Shown here one piece after another: positions 1 to 11,630 of a stretch of 64,000 nt of DNA. Both the position numbers and the translations under genes were made by a program. The first letter of the stretch is position 1. Each line of letters starts with the position of its first letter. Source of the stretch: the human T2T-CHM13v2.0 reference genome, Homo sapiens; the NCBI RefSeq assembly GCF_009914755.1, contig NC_060932.1, one strand, 5' to 3'. The notes beneath the pieces were generated by a model, which had not been told where the DNA came from, ran no database searches, and saw nothing but the letters and a program-made list of their open reading frames with translations.

Positions 1-1284
1 GGTATTAAGCCCAGCATCCATTAGCTATTCTTCCTGATGCTCTCCCTCCCCCAACAACCCCTCTTCGACAGGCCCCAGTGTGTTTTGTTTCCCACCACGT
101 ATCCACGTGTTCTCATCATTCAGCTCCCACTTACAAGTGAGAACATGTGGCATTTTGTTTTCTGTTCCTGCATTAGTTTGTTGATGGCTTCCAGCTTTAT
201 CCATGTCCTTGGAAAGGTTATGATCTCATTCCTTTTTATGACTGCATAGTATTCCATGGTGTATATGTACCACATTTTCTTTATCCAGTCTATCATTGAT
301 GGGCATTCGGGTTGATTCCATGTCTTTGCTATTGTGAATAGTGCCGCAATGAACATACACGTGCATTTATCTTTATAATAGAATGATCTATATTCCTTTG
401 GGCATATACCAAGTAATGGGATTGCTGGGTCAAATGGCATTTCTGCCTCTAGGTTTTTGAGGAATCACCACACTGTCTTCCACAATGGTTGAACTAATTT
501 ACACTCCCACCAACAGTGTAAAAGTGTTTCATTTTCTCTACGATCTTGCCAGCATCTGTTGTTTTTTGACTTCTTATTAGTAGTCATTCTGACTGGTGTG
601 AGATGGCATCACATTTTCGTTTGGATTTGCATTTCTCTAATGATCAGTGATGTTGAGCTTTTTTCATATGTTTGTTGGTGACATGTATGTCTTCTTTTGA
701 AAAGTATCTGTTCATGTCTTTTGCCAACTTTTTAGTGGGTTTTTTTCTTATACATTTGTTTAAGTTCCTCGTAGACTTTGGATATTAGATAGATAGATTG
801 CAAAAATTTTCTCCCATTCTGTAGGTTGTCTGTTTATTCTGATGATAGTTTCTTTTGTTGTGCAGAAGCTCTTTAGTTTAATTAGATCCCATTTGTTACT
901 TTTTGCTTTTGTTGCCATTGCTTTTGGTGTTTTCATCATGAAACCTTTGCCTGTGCCTATGTTCTAAATGGTATTGCCTAGATTTTCTTCTAGGGTTTTT
1001 ATAGTTTTGGGTTTTATAATACATTTAAGTATTTAATCCATCTTGAGTTGATTTTTATATATCATATAAAGAAGGAGTCCAGTTTCAATTTTCTGCATAT
1101 GGCTAGCAGGACTATGAGCACCATTTATTAAATAGGGAGTCCTTTCCCCATTGCTTTTTTCAAGTTTGTCAAAGATCAGATGGTTGTAGATGGATGGTCT
1201 TATTTCTGAGTTCTCTAGTCTGTTCCATTGGTCTATGTGTCTGTTCTTGTACTAGTACTATGCTGTTTTGGTTACTGTAACCTG
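1..1284 (-). mobile_element. LINE-1 3' fragment (older L1PA-type), 5'-truncated; 3' end lies outside the window
   Basis: ORF 120..440(-) is the L1 ORF2p C-terminus (FDPAIPLLGI...MFIAALFTIAKTWNQP...MFSLVSGS); L1 3'UTR sequence at 1-120; similarity ends at ...gttttggttactgtaacctgta. Confidence 0.92.
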
Positions 1285-1334
1285 TATCTTTAATGGGGTA
1301 CTGAATGTTCATATATGTAGGACAGCCCTAACCT

Positions 1335-1500
1335 AACATTGAAGAGACCCAGAATCTCGTCCTGACGTAGTCACTAGAACAATGTGAAAACTGGCTATTT
1401 TCTCTGCCTATTTCCTTTTCTGCATCATAGGAATTGAGATAACTTCCCAACCACAGAGAACCGTGTTGAGACTTAAATTATATAATAGATAGGTAACTGC
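1335..1500 (+). mobile_element. MIR SINE, degraded
   Basis: Weak resemblance to the MIR core (ctctgcctatttccttttctgca...gttgagacttaaattatataa). Confidence 0.35.
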
Positions 1501-2712
1501 CAAAAAAAAAAAGGACCATTAGTTAGAGTTGGAGTTAGGTCTCTCCTCTGGGGAGCTGTACCTCCAATCTATTGTGGTACAACTAGAAAGAATGAATTTT
1601 ATATCCAGAAACTTATTCCCAAATTGACTGCTCCTGTCACTTCCAAACCTTAGTCTGTGTAACCCTCTTCCAAAGGCTGTTCACCGATTAGATGTTCTGA
1701 TTGCAGTTATTTAAACTCAGCCTGACTTCAGTCTACATTAGAATGGTTGGCAGGTAATCAAGAGGCCAGAGATTCATAGAGGCAATATTTTCTTTGTAAT
1801 CTGAGGCTAATAAAATCATCAGATACAGCCGCAATTGTGTGCTTAAGCCTTCATGACTAGAGAGACTGTTGTGTCTTATCATTAGAAAAATGGCTGTAGT
1901 ATCTTCTAATCACACAGTGAACTAACACTAACAAAATAAAAAATCATTTTTGTTTTGGTTTATTTTTCTATAAAGGCTGGGATGTGCTTCATACCTGAAA
2001 TACATGAGGCTGTGAAACTTACACTAAAAAATCCAGAACAGAAAAGAAACTAGGGGCTGTGTTCCTCTCCAAATTGGCTGGGCTCCAGCCTGTGCTTTGC
2101 AAACATTTCCACATCTTTCCATTTGTGGAATTTTATTCTTTTTTTTTTTTTTTTGCTTACATTTTAAGAAGTTTCCTTCTGGAAAATCCTAATCTCATGG
2201 GAACACGAGGACTAGAGAAATTTTAAAATGCAGAAAATGGCAGAGCTGAACAGAGAAAGTGGGCTCCAAGTGAGGGCAGAGACAGATGTTATTTCTCCCT
2301 CAGCCTGCTCTTGAAACTACAGAGAAACATTTTTTTACTCTCCTTTTAGAGTTGTCTTCTTGCTTTGCTGCTCATATTGAAGTGCAGTGGTCTCTAGAGT
2401 GTTATTTGTCATGTAAAATTGTTTTTCTCTGTTTTGTCTACATTTGCATGCCTCCTCTGCTCAGCAACTGGCCTAAGAACTTAAGATAGATGAAAAGAGA
2501 TCTTGGCCACATGTAGCGCCCCAGACACATGCCCATGCTGCACATCTCTCACCTACTGCCTGGGATCTCTTTCTTAGGAGATGTTTATTGATCTAGTATC
2601 TGTGGGAGGTGGAGACTGGCAGATGAATTTTTCTCCCTTCCTGCCATGGTGCAGCTGTTGTCAAACACAGTAGCTCAGATGGCTGTAGGGAAACAGGTGC
2701 AACTGGTCCCAC

Positions 2713-4147
2713 TGTATGCAGAATTGGTGGGTTCTTGGTCTCACTGACTTCAAGAATGAAGCCGCGGACCCTCGCGGTGAGTGTAACAGTTCCTAAAGAT
2801 TGTGTGTCCAGAGTTTGTTCCTTCTGATGTTCGGATGTGTCCGGAGTTTCTTCCTTCTGGTGGGTTTGTGGTCTCGCTGGCTTCAGGAGTGAAGCTGCAG
2901 ACCTTTGCGGTGAGTGTTACAGCTCTTAAGGCGGTGCATCTGGAGTTGTTCATTCTTCCCGTCAGGAGTTGTTCATTCCTCCCAGTGGGTTCATGGTCTT
3001 GCTGGCCTCAGGAGTGAAGCTGCAGACCTTCTGGTGTTACAGCTCATAAAGGCAGTGCAGACCCAAAGAGTGAGCAGCAGCAAGATTTATTGCAAAGAGC
3101 AAAAGAACAAATCTTCCACAGTGTGGAAGGGGACCCGAGCGTGTTGCCGCTGCTGGCTCAGGTAGCCTGTTTTTATTCCCTTATCTCACCCCACCCACAT
3201 CCTGTTGATTGGCCCATTTTACAGAGAGCTGCTTGGTCTGTTTTGATGGGGTGCTGATTGGTGCATTTACAATCTGTGAGCTAGACACAGAGTGCTGATT
3301 GGTGTATTTACAATCCTCTAGCTAGATGTAAAAGTTCTCCAAGTCCCCATTAGATTAGCTAGCTACAGAGCACTGATTGGTGCATTTACAAACCTTGAGC
3401 TAGACAAAGAGTGCTGATTGGTGCATTTACAAACCCTGAGCTAGACACAGAGTGCTGATTTGTGCATATACAATCTTCCAGCTAGACATAAAAGTTCTCC
3501 AAGTCCCCACCCAACTCAATAGCCCAGCTGGCTTCACCTAGTGGATCCTGTGCTGGGGCCGCAGGCAAGCTGCCTGCCAGTCCCACGCCACACACCTGCA
3601 CTCCTCAGCCCTTGGGCAGTCGATGGGACTGGGTGCCGGGGAGCAGGGGGCGGCACCCAATGGGGAGGCTGGGGCCACGTGGGAGCCCACCACAAGGGTC
3701 TTGGGCATAGTGGGCTGCAGGTCCCAAGCCGTGCCCTGTGGCTAGGCAGCTGAGGCCTGGTGAGAATTCGAGCATGGTGCGGGCAGGCCGGCAGTGCTGG
3801 AGTACCCAGCGCCCCCACCGCAGGTGCTGGCCCGGTTGCTAAGCCCCTCACTGCCTGGGGCTGGCAGTGTTGGCCAGCTGCTCCAAGTGCAGGGCCCACC
3901 AAGATTGTACCCACCTGGAACTCGTGCTAGCCCATGAGCACCGCATGCAGCCCTGGTTCCCACCTGTGCTTCTCCCTCCACACCTCCCCGCAAGCAGAGG
4001 GAGCTGGCTCCAGCCTCAGCCAGCCCAGAGAGGGACTCTCACAGTGCAGTGGCAGGCTAAAGGGCTCTCAAACGTGGCCAGAGTGGACGCTGAGGCCAAG
4101 GAGGCACTGAGAGTGAGCGAGGGCCACTAGCACGTTGTCACCTCTCA
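2713..4147 (-). mobile_element. 3' LTR (LTR12 family, LTR12D-like)
   Basis: On - strand begins TGAGAGGTGACAACGTGCTAG and ends ACCAAGAACCCACCAATTCTGCATACA; GC-rich U3, tandem CCAATCAGC repeats, tandem U5 repeats; polypurine tract adjacent (4148-4160). Confidence 0.95.
3165..3480 (-). promoter_or_regulatory. LTR12 enhancer/promoter: tandem CCAAT (NF-Y) repeats and AATAAA TATA-like box
   Basis: Repeated gctgattggtgcatttacaa units on + (CCAATCAGC on -); gggaataaaaacaggct on - at ~3165-3180. These match known ERV9 LTR promoter architecture; activity at this copy is unknown. Confidence 0.7.
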
Positions 4148-4300
4148 ATCCTCACTCTAAACAGGACACCCCACCTGATTTTGGGAATGTGGCCGATGAC
4201 TGCTCTAGCTACTTCCTGCTAGATAAGGGTGAAGAAGGGGCCCTGCAGTTGTAGTGTCCTCCAGAGGGGAATTCTTTAGGCCAGTGGAAGGGCCAGTGGG

Positions 4301-4587
4301 TCAGTCCAGGGATCCTTGGTAGAAGTTGTTAGTTGAGCTCATTTGGGGTTTCATTGGTAAGGCCATCTGTAGCTTGATGGCCTCGATTCTAGAGGAAAGA
4401 AATTTGACAAGAAGGTTAAAAATACAGGGCCCAAAGGTGAGTAACAGCAAGATGGCTCCCAAGGAACCTAGAAAGGGGAGAAGCCATGATCCCCACCTCC
4501 AGAGGCTGGTATAAGAGTATGAAAGGCATTGTCTGATCTCAGAAGCCTTTTCCTGTAAACACCAGGCAGCATCTTGTATTATCTCTG
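4301..4587 (-). pseudogene. env: ERV9 env remnant (TM C-terminal half: membrane anchor and cytoplasmic tail)
   Basis: IIQDAAWCLQEKASEIRQ...WLLPFLGSLGAILLLLTFGPCIFNLLVKFLSSRIEAIKLQM...FYQGSLD*, typical of the HERV9/HERV-W-group TM end. Confidence 0.9.
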
Positions 4588-6378
4588 CTAAGAGATCATC
4601 TCGGGCAGTGTAAGTCTGGACTATAATTTGTTGGCAGTCATGCTCAGTTGTTTCCCCATCCTCCGGGAGACAAGTGACAGAGTTGAGGGCCATGCACGTG
4701 CATATTTGAAGCACCGGTCCCTCAAGGAGTAGCACCTGGTATCTAAGCAGGCAGTTGTCTGATAGCCATAAACTTCCTTTGGCACCTAGTATGCCATTTA
4801 CATCATGAATAGTCCAGACAGTGAGATCCTTTCCTTGTATTATCTTGATAGCCTCTGACACTAAGACGGCCACTGCCAAACTACCCATAAACAGTGAAAC
4901 ATTAATTTCCTTACTTAGGTATGCCACTGTTGTGAGGTTGTCCCACGAGTCTGAGTAAGGACTCCAAGAGCTATCCCTGCTCTCTCTGTGATGTATAAAG
5001 AGAAGTTTTGTCCTATCAGAAGGCTTAAACCTGGAGCTTGTACTGGGGCATGCTTTAAGGTTTTGAAGGCTGTTTCCACCTCTGGTTCCCATTCTACTAG
5101 ATGAGTATTTGCCCTCTAGGTTTCCTTGATTAGAGTATAGAGGGGCCTGGATATCTCGCTGTATTCGGGGATCCATAGTCGGCAAAAGCCAGTAATTCCA
5201 AGGAACCCCCTGAGCTGTTTTAATGTCTTAGGGCGAGGATAAGCCAGTATAGGCTGTATTCATTCCTTGCTGATGGCCCTGGTCCCTCTGGCTAAGATTA
5301 GGCCTAGATAATTGACCTGCTGTAGGCAAAGCTGAGCCTTTGACCTAGACACCTTGTACCCTTGATTAGCTGGAAAGTTCAAGAGATCTAGAGTAGCCTG
5401 CTGGCATGAGGTGTCCAAATTGGTAGCCAAAAGTAAATCATCCACATACTGAAGGATCAGAGTGCCTGGACTTGAGAAGTGGCCTAGGTCTTGGGCCAGT
5501 GCCTGACCAAACAGGTGAGGGCTATCCGTAAACCCTTGGGGCAAGACTGTCCACATAAGTTGGGAAATGTGGTCTGTGGGATCCTCAAAGGCAAAGAGAA
5601 ACTGGGAGTCAGAGTGCAGGGGAAAACAGAAGACATCTTTGAGGTCCAGAACACTGAACCATTCTGCTTCCTTTGGTATTTGAGAGAGCAGGGTATAGGG
5701 GTTGGGTACAACTGGATATAGAGGAATTATTGACTCATTAATGAGTCTAAGATCTTACACTAGTTTCCAGTGACCATTCGATTTTTGTACTCCAAGAATT
5801 GGAGTGTTGTGGGGACTGCTGCATTTCCTTACTAAGCCTTGAGCTTTTAAATGTTTAACAATATCCTGTAATCCTTTATGAGGTTCAGCCTTAAGGGATA
5901 TTGCCTTTGATAAGGAAAACTGGTGGGATCTTTTAACCTGATTTGGACTGGGTGGGCATTTTTTGCCCTTCCAAATTGTCCTTCCAATACCCAGACTTCA
6001 CGGTTGATTCCCTCCTCAAGTAAGGGACAACAATTGGCTAACTTGTTCCCCATATTCACGTAGATAATAGCTCCAGCCTTGGATAATATATCCCTCCCTA
6101 ATAAGGGTGTCGGACTTTCAGGCATAACAAGAAAGGCATGTGAAAAGAGCAAAGTCTCCCAGTTACAACTGAGAAGGTGTGAGGAATACCTGGTTACAGG
6201 AATCTGGGATTCCTCAGATGGTAACGGACCTTGAGGACAGCTGTCCAGGACAGGAGATTAACACTGAGAAGGCTGTGCCAGTGTCCAGGAGGAGGTCAAT
6301 TTCTTGGCCTTCAATGGTTAAACGTACCCGGGGCTCAGTGAGGGTGATGACATGAACTGGCGCTTGCCCTGGGCACCC
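4588..6378 (-). pseudogene. pol: ERV9 pro-pol remnant (protease, RT, tether); frameshifted; RNase H and integrase deleted
   Basis: Protease LLDTGTAFSVL at ~6260-6295; PTPLLGRDIL; RT motifs WTVLPQGF and LQYVDDLLL (ORF 5260..5556); tether GKDLTVWT...HDCQQIIVQTY. Confidence 0.93.
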
Positions 6379-7841
6379 TCAGTCCTGTTGTTGGATCATC
6401 TGGTTGGGGACTTCTCACCCAGAGAACCTTCATCCTCTGGGGCAGTGCACCTTCCAGTGATTGCCTTGGCACAGTGGATGTGGACGAGGGGGCAGCTTAT
6501 TTCTCATTGGACAATCTTTTTTAAAGTGTCCTAGTAAACCACACTGATAACAATCCCTACTGGGTGATTGGCCTGCTCCATTTTCTGTCCTCTCTGAACC
6601 ACCAATGTTTGTTTGTCTAAGGGCCATGACTAAGGCTGTGGCCTTTCTCTGATCTTGCTTTTCCTTTTGGGCCTATTCCTCTTGGTCCCTATTATAGAAC
6701 ACTGAGGTTGCCAGGTTTAATAATGCCTCCAAATTTTGTTCAGGGCCCAGGGCTTGCTTTTGGAGGTTTCTCCTGATATTTGTGGTTGATTGGGTCATAA
6801 ACCTATGTTTTAGAATCAGTTGACCTTTGAGTGATTCAGATGACAGGGGAGTGTATTTTCTTAAGGCCTCCCATAGCCACTCAAGGAAGGCAGAAGGATT
6901 TTCTTCCTTTCCCTGAGTTACAGTGGACATCACTGAATAATTCATGGGCTTTTTTCTAATTTTCCTCCGTCCTTCTAGAACACAGGTCAACAGATGTTTA
7001 TGACTCCAGTCCCCATGATCTGAGTTGAGGTCCCAGTGGGGATCCATACTGGGGATGGCTTGTTGACCAGTATGGAATTTGTCCCTTTCTTCAGCTGTCA
7101 TTCTATCATTTACTTGACTAAGATACCAGGTATCTCTAAACTTTTGGGCAGCAGCTAAAGCCACATTCTTTTCATTAAGGGCCACGGTTTGATCTAACAG
7201 TAGCATGACATCACTCCAAGTGAGGTTGAAGGTTTGCCCTAGACCCTGTAAGACATCTATGTTCCTATCAGGATTATCTGAAAACTTCCCCAGGTCTGCC
7301 TTGATCTGCTTTAAATCAGAGAGGAAGAAGGGGACATGTACCTGGGGTGGGCCAAATTTCCTTCCCCCTACAGCTTGAAGGGGACATAACCAATAGCCTG
7401 GGGATTCTTGTGGTCCTTTGGAGAGATTTGTTTGCTTATTTCCTTCTGGGCAGGAGAGATTAAAGGAGGATTATCATTAATAGGAAGGGGAGCTATAGGG
7501 AGGCTAGGATATGGGGGTAAGCTGAGAGGTCCTCCTGTGGGATGTAAATTGCAAGCTTTGCATAGTTGTGTATTCTCCTTCAATGAAAAGAAAGCTTAGA
7601 CATAAGGTATTTCACTCCATTTGCCTTCCCTCTTACAGAAAAGGTCAAGTTTCAAAATAGTGTAGTAATTTATACTTCCCTCAGGTGGCCATTTTTCCCC
7701 ATCAGAGAGAGAATATTGGGGCCAGCCTGTAGTGCAGAAAAAAATGAGCCACCTCTTTTTCAGGGTTTGTGGGTCAAATTGGTCCCAATGGCTTAGGATG
7801 CATTTCAAGGGTGAGCCTGTTGATGCCTGAGTGTTTCCCAT
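6379..7841 (-). pseudogene. gag: ERV9 gag remnant, disrupted
   Basis: [16 protein letters not shown]...WPPEGSINY (MA); MHR QGKEENPSAFLEWL; CCHC knuckle CYQCGLLGHFKKDC plus a degenerate second knuckle; TGA stop in CAGGAC-TGA-GGGTGCCC context before pro. Confidence 0.93.
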
Positions 7842-7890
7842 CTGAGAGACAAAACCGCCCGTGGTTTTGGTTTGTTTTGTTTCTCCCCCT

Positions 7891-8208
7891 GCCCAAGAAC
7901 CATCAACAGTCGCTGGACCCTGCTGATTGGAATAGTTGCACTCATCAATGCAGCAGCAGAAACAACCCATGTCCAAGAACCTGCAATGGTCCCTGGATCC
8001 AGCTGATTGGAATAGTTGTGCCCATCGACACAGCAGCAGAAACACTAGTTTTCCTCCCAGACCACAAGGAGGACCAAGGAAGGTCGGATTTAGTGGCCCT
8101 TACCAATGCATTCTTGAAAACATGCACCCTTGCCTGTCCTCCTAGACCACAAGGAGGACCAAGAAAAATCAGATTTAGTGGCCCTTACCAACACATTCTT
8201 GAAAACCT
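7891..8208 (-). repeat. Two pairs of ~80-bp direct repeats in the ERV9 leader
   Basis: ccaagaacc...ctgattggaatagttg...cagcagcagaaaca occurs twice (7891-8045); agaccacaaggaggaccaag...atttagtggcccttaccaa...ttcttgaaaac occurs twice (8059-8208). Confidence 0.85.
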
Positions 8209-9149
8209 GGTAGAGTCCTAGGCATTCTCCTGTTAGTACTGGGACCTTACCTGTGTCCTACAAAGATGTTATGCCCCAAAAATGAAGTGGAGGGCCATAC
8301 CCTGAGGGAGGGAAGGGATCTCCAGAGTTGGAAGAGTGATGTCTGTTTTCCCCACTTATGTGAATAGGAAGGATACAATTTCTGAGGCTCCCCATATCCT
8401 AGCTTCAGGAATAACTTTTGTTAGGCCTGCTAGTCTGAGGAGGGATCCTAAAATTCCAAATAGTCCCCCCTACAATGGGGCTTTGGGCAAAAATTATGTC
8501 TTTCTGATTGTTGAGACCAGGTGTCTAAAGAAGGTAACAGAGTCCTGGTGTTTATACTAGAAATCATTCTTATAGGAGAAACTAGAAAAGCACCAGAGAC
8601 AGGGAGCGATTTTTAGAAGTGGGACTAGCCTCGGAGAAGAGAGGTGAGAGGAAGTTTGTCTGGAAGGCATTAGGACCCGGGGGCAAGGGTCAGGATAGAT
8701 AGGATAGATGGGCAAGTCTAGCTTGGACGACATGCCTTTGAGAGTTCTGCTCATGGCTGCAGAGTCAACCAACTTGTTGTCGGGACCCTGAACCTGAATG
8801 GCTTTCCTCTATCAACCCTCAAGCTCAGCCCAGAAGTACAGGAAAAGTGGAAGCTGGTTCCAGGCAAATCAACTTGCCCAACTCTGAAGAGTCAGGGGTT
8901 GTTAGAGAGCCCTTTCCCAGAAAGCCTGACACCTATGTCTTTAGTCTGGCAGTCTCTCTAGTTGTTTTTAACTGGCCAACAGGTGCCCAGTATTTAGCCC
9001 CTGAATTCTAAGGAAAAATAGGACAGAATAGCAAGCAAAAGGGGTCCAATGGTACTCACTGCTTGCCGATGGGCACCAGTCTCACCACTTGGCGAAAGGC
9101 GATTGTCTCACCACTTGGCGATAGTCTCACTGCTTGGTGATAGGTGATA

Positions 9150-9167
9150 GCCCCTTCATGGTCTCCA
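9150..9167 (-). other. Primer-binding site, tRNA-Arg type
   Basis: TGGAGACCATGAAGGGGC lies 3 nt inside the 5' LTR end and resembles the ERV9 Arg PBS TGGCGACCACGAAGGGAC. Confidence 0.8.
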
Positions 9168-9170
9168 AAA

Positions 9171-10638
9171 TGTGTCCAGAATTGGTGGATTCTTAGTCTT
9201 ACTGACTTCAAGAAAGAAGCCGCAGACACTCACAGTGAGTGTTACAGTTCTTAAAGCTGGTGTGTCCAGAGTTTGTTCCTTCTGATGTTCGGATGTGTTC
9301 AGAGTTTCTTCCTTCTGGTGGGTTCGTGGTCTTGCTGGCTTCAGGGGTGAAGCTGCAGACCTTCACGGTGAGCATTACAGCTCTTAAGGCAGTGCATCTG
9401 GAGTTGTTCGTTCCTCCCATCCAGACTTGTTCATTCCTTCTGGTGGGTTTGTTGTCTTGCTGGCCTCAGAATTGAAGCTGCAGACCTTTGCAGTGAGTGT
9501 TAACAGCTCATAAAGGCAGTGCAGACCCAAAGAGTGAGCAGCAGCAAGATTTATTGCAAAGAGCAAAAGAACAAATCTTCCATAGTGTGGAAGGGGACCT
9601 GAGTGGGTTGCCGCTGCTGGCTCAGGAAGCCCACTTTTATTCCCTTATCTGACCCCACCCACATCCTGCTGATTGGCCCATTCTACAGGGACCTGATAGG
9701 TCTGTTTTACAGAAAGCTGATTGGTCTGTTTTGACAGGGTGCTGATTGGTGTGTTTACAATCCCTGAGCTAGACACCGAGTGCTGGTTGGTGTATTTACA
9801 ATCCTGTAGCTAGACGTAAAATTTCTCCAAGTCCCCACTAGATTAGCTAGACACAGAGCACTGATTGGTGCATTTACAAACCTTGAGCTAGACACGGATT
9901 GCTGATTGGTGCATTTACAAACCTTGAGCTAGACACAGAGTGCTGATTGGTGCATATACAATCCTCCAGCTAGACACAAAAGTTCTCCAAGTCCCCACCT
10001 GACTCAGGAGCCCAGCTGGCTTTGCCTAATGGATCCCATGCCGGGGCCACGGGTGGAGCTGCCCACCAGTCCCGTGACGCACACCTGAACTCCTCAGCCC
10101 TTGGGCAGTTGATGGGACTGTGTGCCACAGAGCAGGGAGCAGTGCCCACTGGGGAGGCTTGGGCTGTGCAGGAGCCCACCCCGGGGGGGCTTGGGCATGG
10201 TGGGCTGCAGGTCCTGAGCCCTGCCCCTCAGGAAGGCAGCTGAGGCCCAGTGGGAATTCAAGCGTGGCAAGGGTGGGTCGGCAGTGCTGGGGCAACTGGC
10301 GTCCCCTATGCAGCTGCTGGTCCAGGCACTAAGCCCCTCACTGCCTGGGGCCGGGGGTGCCAGCCAGCTGCTCCAAGTGTGGGGCCCGCCAAGCCCGTGC
10401 CCACCTGGAACTCACGCTTGCCAGCAAGTGCCATGTGCAGTCCTGGTTCCCATCTGCACTTCTCCCTCCGCACCTCCCCACAAGCAGAGGGAGCTGGCTC
10501 CAGCCTCGACCAGCCCAGAGAGGGGCTCCCATGGTGCAGCAGTGGGCTGAAGGGCTCCTCAAGCATGGCCAGAGTGGATGCCAAGGCCAAGGAGCTGCCA
10601 GGAGCAGGAAGGGGCTGCTAGCACGTTGTCACCTCTCA
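9171..10638 (-). mobile_element. 5' LTR (LTR12 family, LTR12D-like)
   Basis: Direct repeat of 2713-4147; starts TGAGAGGTGACAACGTGCTAGCAGCCC on -; CCAAT repeat array at ~9670-9960. Confidence 0.95.
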
Positions 10639-10793
10639 CCACACCACACCAGCCCATCACCTACCTCTTCTCTTGCCTTCCCTGCTTCCCCCTGGGGCTC
10701 ACTCCTACTTTTCCGGATTTACACAACCTAATTACAAATGAGCACATGAATTTTTGCCTCAAGCTTTGTTTTTAAAAAATCTGAGTTCAGACA
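10639..10793 (+). mobile_element. Old ERVL-type LTR 3' end (LTR16-like), probably the element interrupted by the provirus (other part ~2500-2712)
   Basis: Ends tgcctcaagctttgttttt...ctgagttcagaca, resembling LTR16-family termini; heavily diverged. Confidence 0.4.
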
Positions 10794-10892
10794 ACAATAG
10801 GAGTGTGGATAAATGTAAAGTGAAAGTTAGGAAGTGACTAAGAAAGGGATTTTTAAGTTAGCATGATGAGGAAGTATGCATACTGTGAACAT

Positions 10893-11402
10893 TGTCAGAA
10901 TCAAGATGGAGTCGCTAATGTTAAAAACAAACTAACAAACAACAAAAAACCTGTCAAAGAGAGCTGGGGGAGACCAGGAGAAAATGCTTGCATATCTGAT
11001 AACAAAACTGTCAGAAAAGACTCTGCAACATTACGCCTCAGGCAAAGGTCATCGGAATACAAGCTTCTGCAAAAACATACTTCTGCAAGAACATCTGCCC
11101 AGCAACTGACTGTCCAACCTTGAAGTGGCATTATCCTCATTGCTGATATTCGTAGCCAAGGATAATCATCTCAAAACAATTATGTAATCTTTTTCATTTT
11201 TTCTTTAAAAGCCTTTGTCTTCCTTTTTCTTTAAAAGCCTATATGCATATATGCCTATATTTTTTCTTTAAAAGCCTATATGCATATTCCTCCTTGAATA
11301 TGCATATAGTTTACTATGGCACATGTATTCCCATGGCAATGTTCTATTCCCAAATAAATGTCTTTTTCTTTTAGAGAGCTTCCTCTGTCATTTAGGTTGA
11401 CA
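10893..11402 (+). mobile_element. Solo LTR, ERV1 class (MER72-like)
   Basis: TGTCAGAATCAAGATGGAGTC...TTTAGGTTGACA termini; AATAAA near 3' end; flanks ACAT/ATAT (imperfect 4-bp TSD); internal micro-duplications of ttttctttaaaagcct at 11200-11285. Confidence 0.75.
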
Positions 11403-11434
11403 ATATTGACACTAAATTGGATAAAAAAAAATTA

Positions 11435-11551
11435 TGTAGGAAAACAGCCAGTTGCATGTCAAGAATAATACCATCTTGAAGTAAAACTGCCATAATGACT
11501 AATGTTTGACTCCTGCATACCAAGGTGTTCCTGCAGCAAGGTCAAGAAACA
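11435..11551 (+). mobile_element. 5' stub of an LTR (LTR47-like)
   Basis: Begins TGTAGGAAAACAGCC...CCATCTTGAAG and is cut off by an Alu. Confidence 0.45.
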
Positions 11552-11630
11552 GGCCGGCTGCAGTGGCTTATGGCTGTAATCCCAGCATTATGGGAGGCCG
11601 AGGTGGGTGGATCACTTGAGGTCAGGAGTT
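11552..11630 (+). mobile_element. Alu 5' stub (first ~80 nt of left arm)
   Basis: ggccggctgcagtggcttatggctgtaatcccagca...gaggtcaggagtt, then abrupt loss of homology. Confidence 0.9.

Larger units (their letters stand above)
2713..10638 (-). mobile_element. ERV9/HERV9 provirus with two LTR12 LTRs, internally deleted
   Basis: Direct LTRs at 2713-4147 and 9171-10638 with TG...CA termini; 4-bp TSD CCAC at 2709-2712 and 10639-10642; PBS, gag, pro, RT and env-TM remnants in correct order on the - strand. Confidence 0.97.

Noticed and set aside
3200-3480. Regularly spaced repeats resembling a CRISPR array (also 9670-9960)
   Set aside because: These are the tandem CCAAT enhancer units of LTR12; the spacers are not unique, there are no cas genes, and the DNA is eukaryotic.
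3534-4130. Cluster of GC-rich overlapping ORFs (also 9970-10775)
   Set aside because: They lie within LTR12 U3; stop-poor GC-rich sequence, not conserved in frame between the two LTRs.
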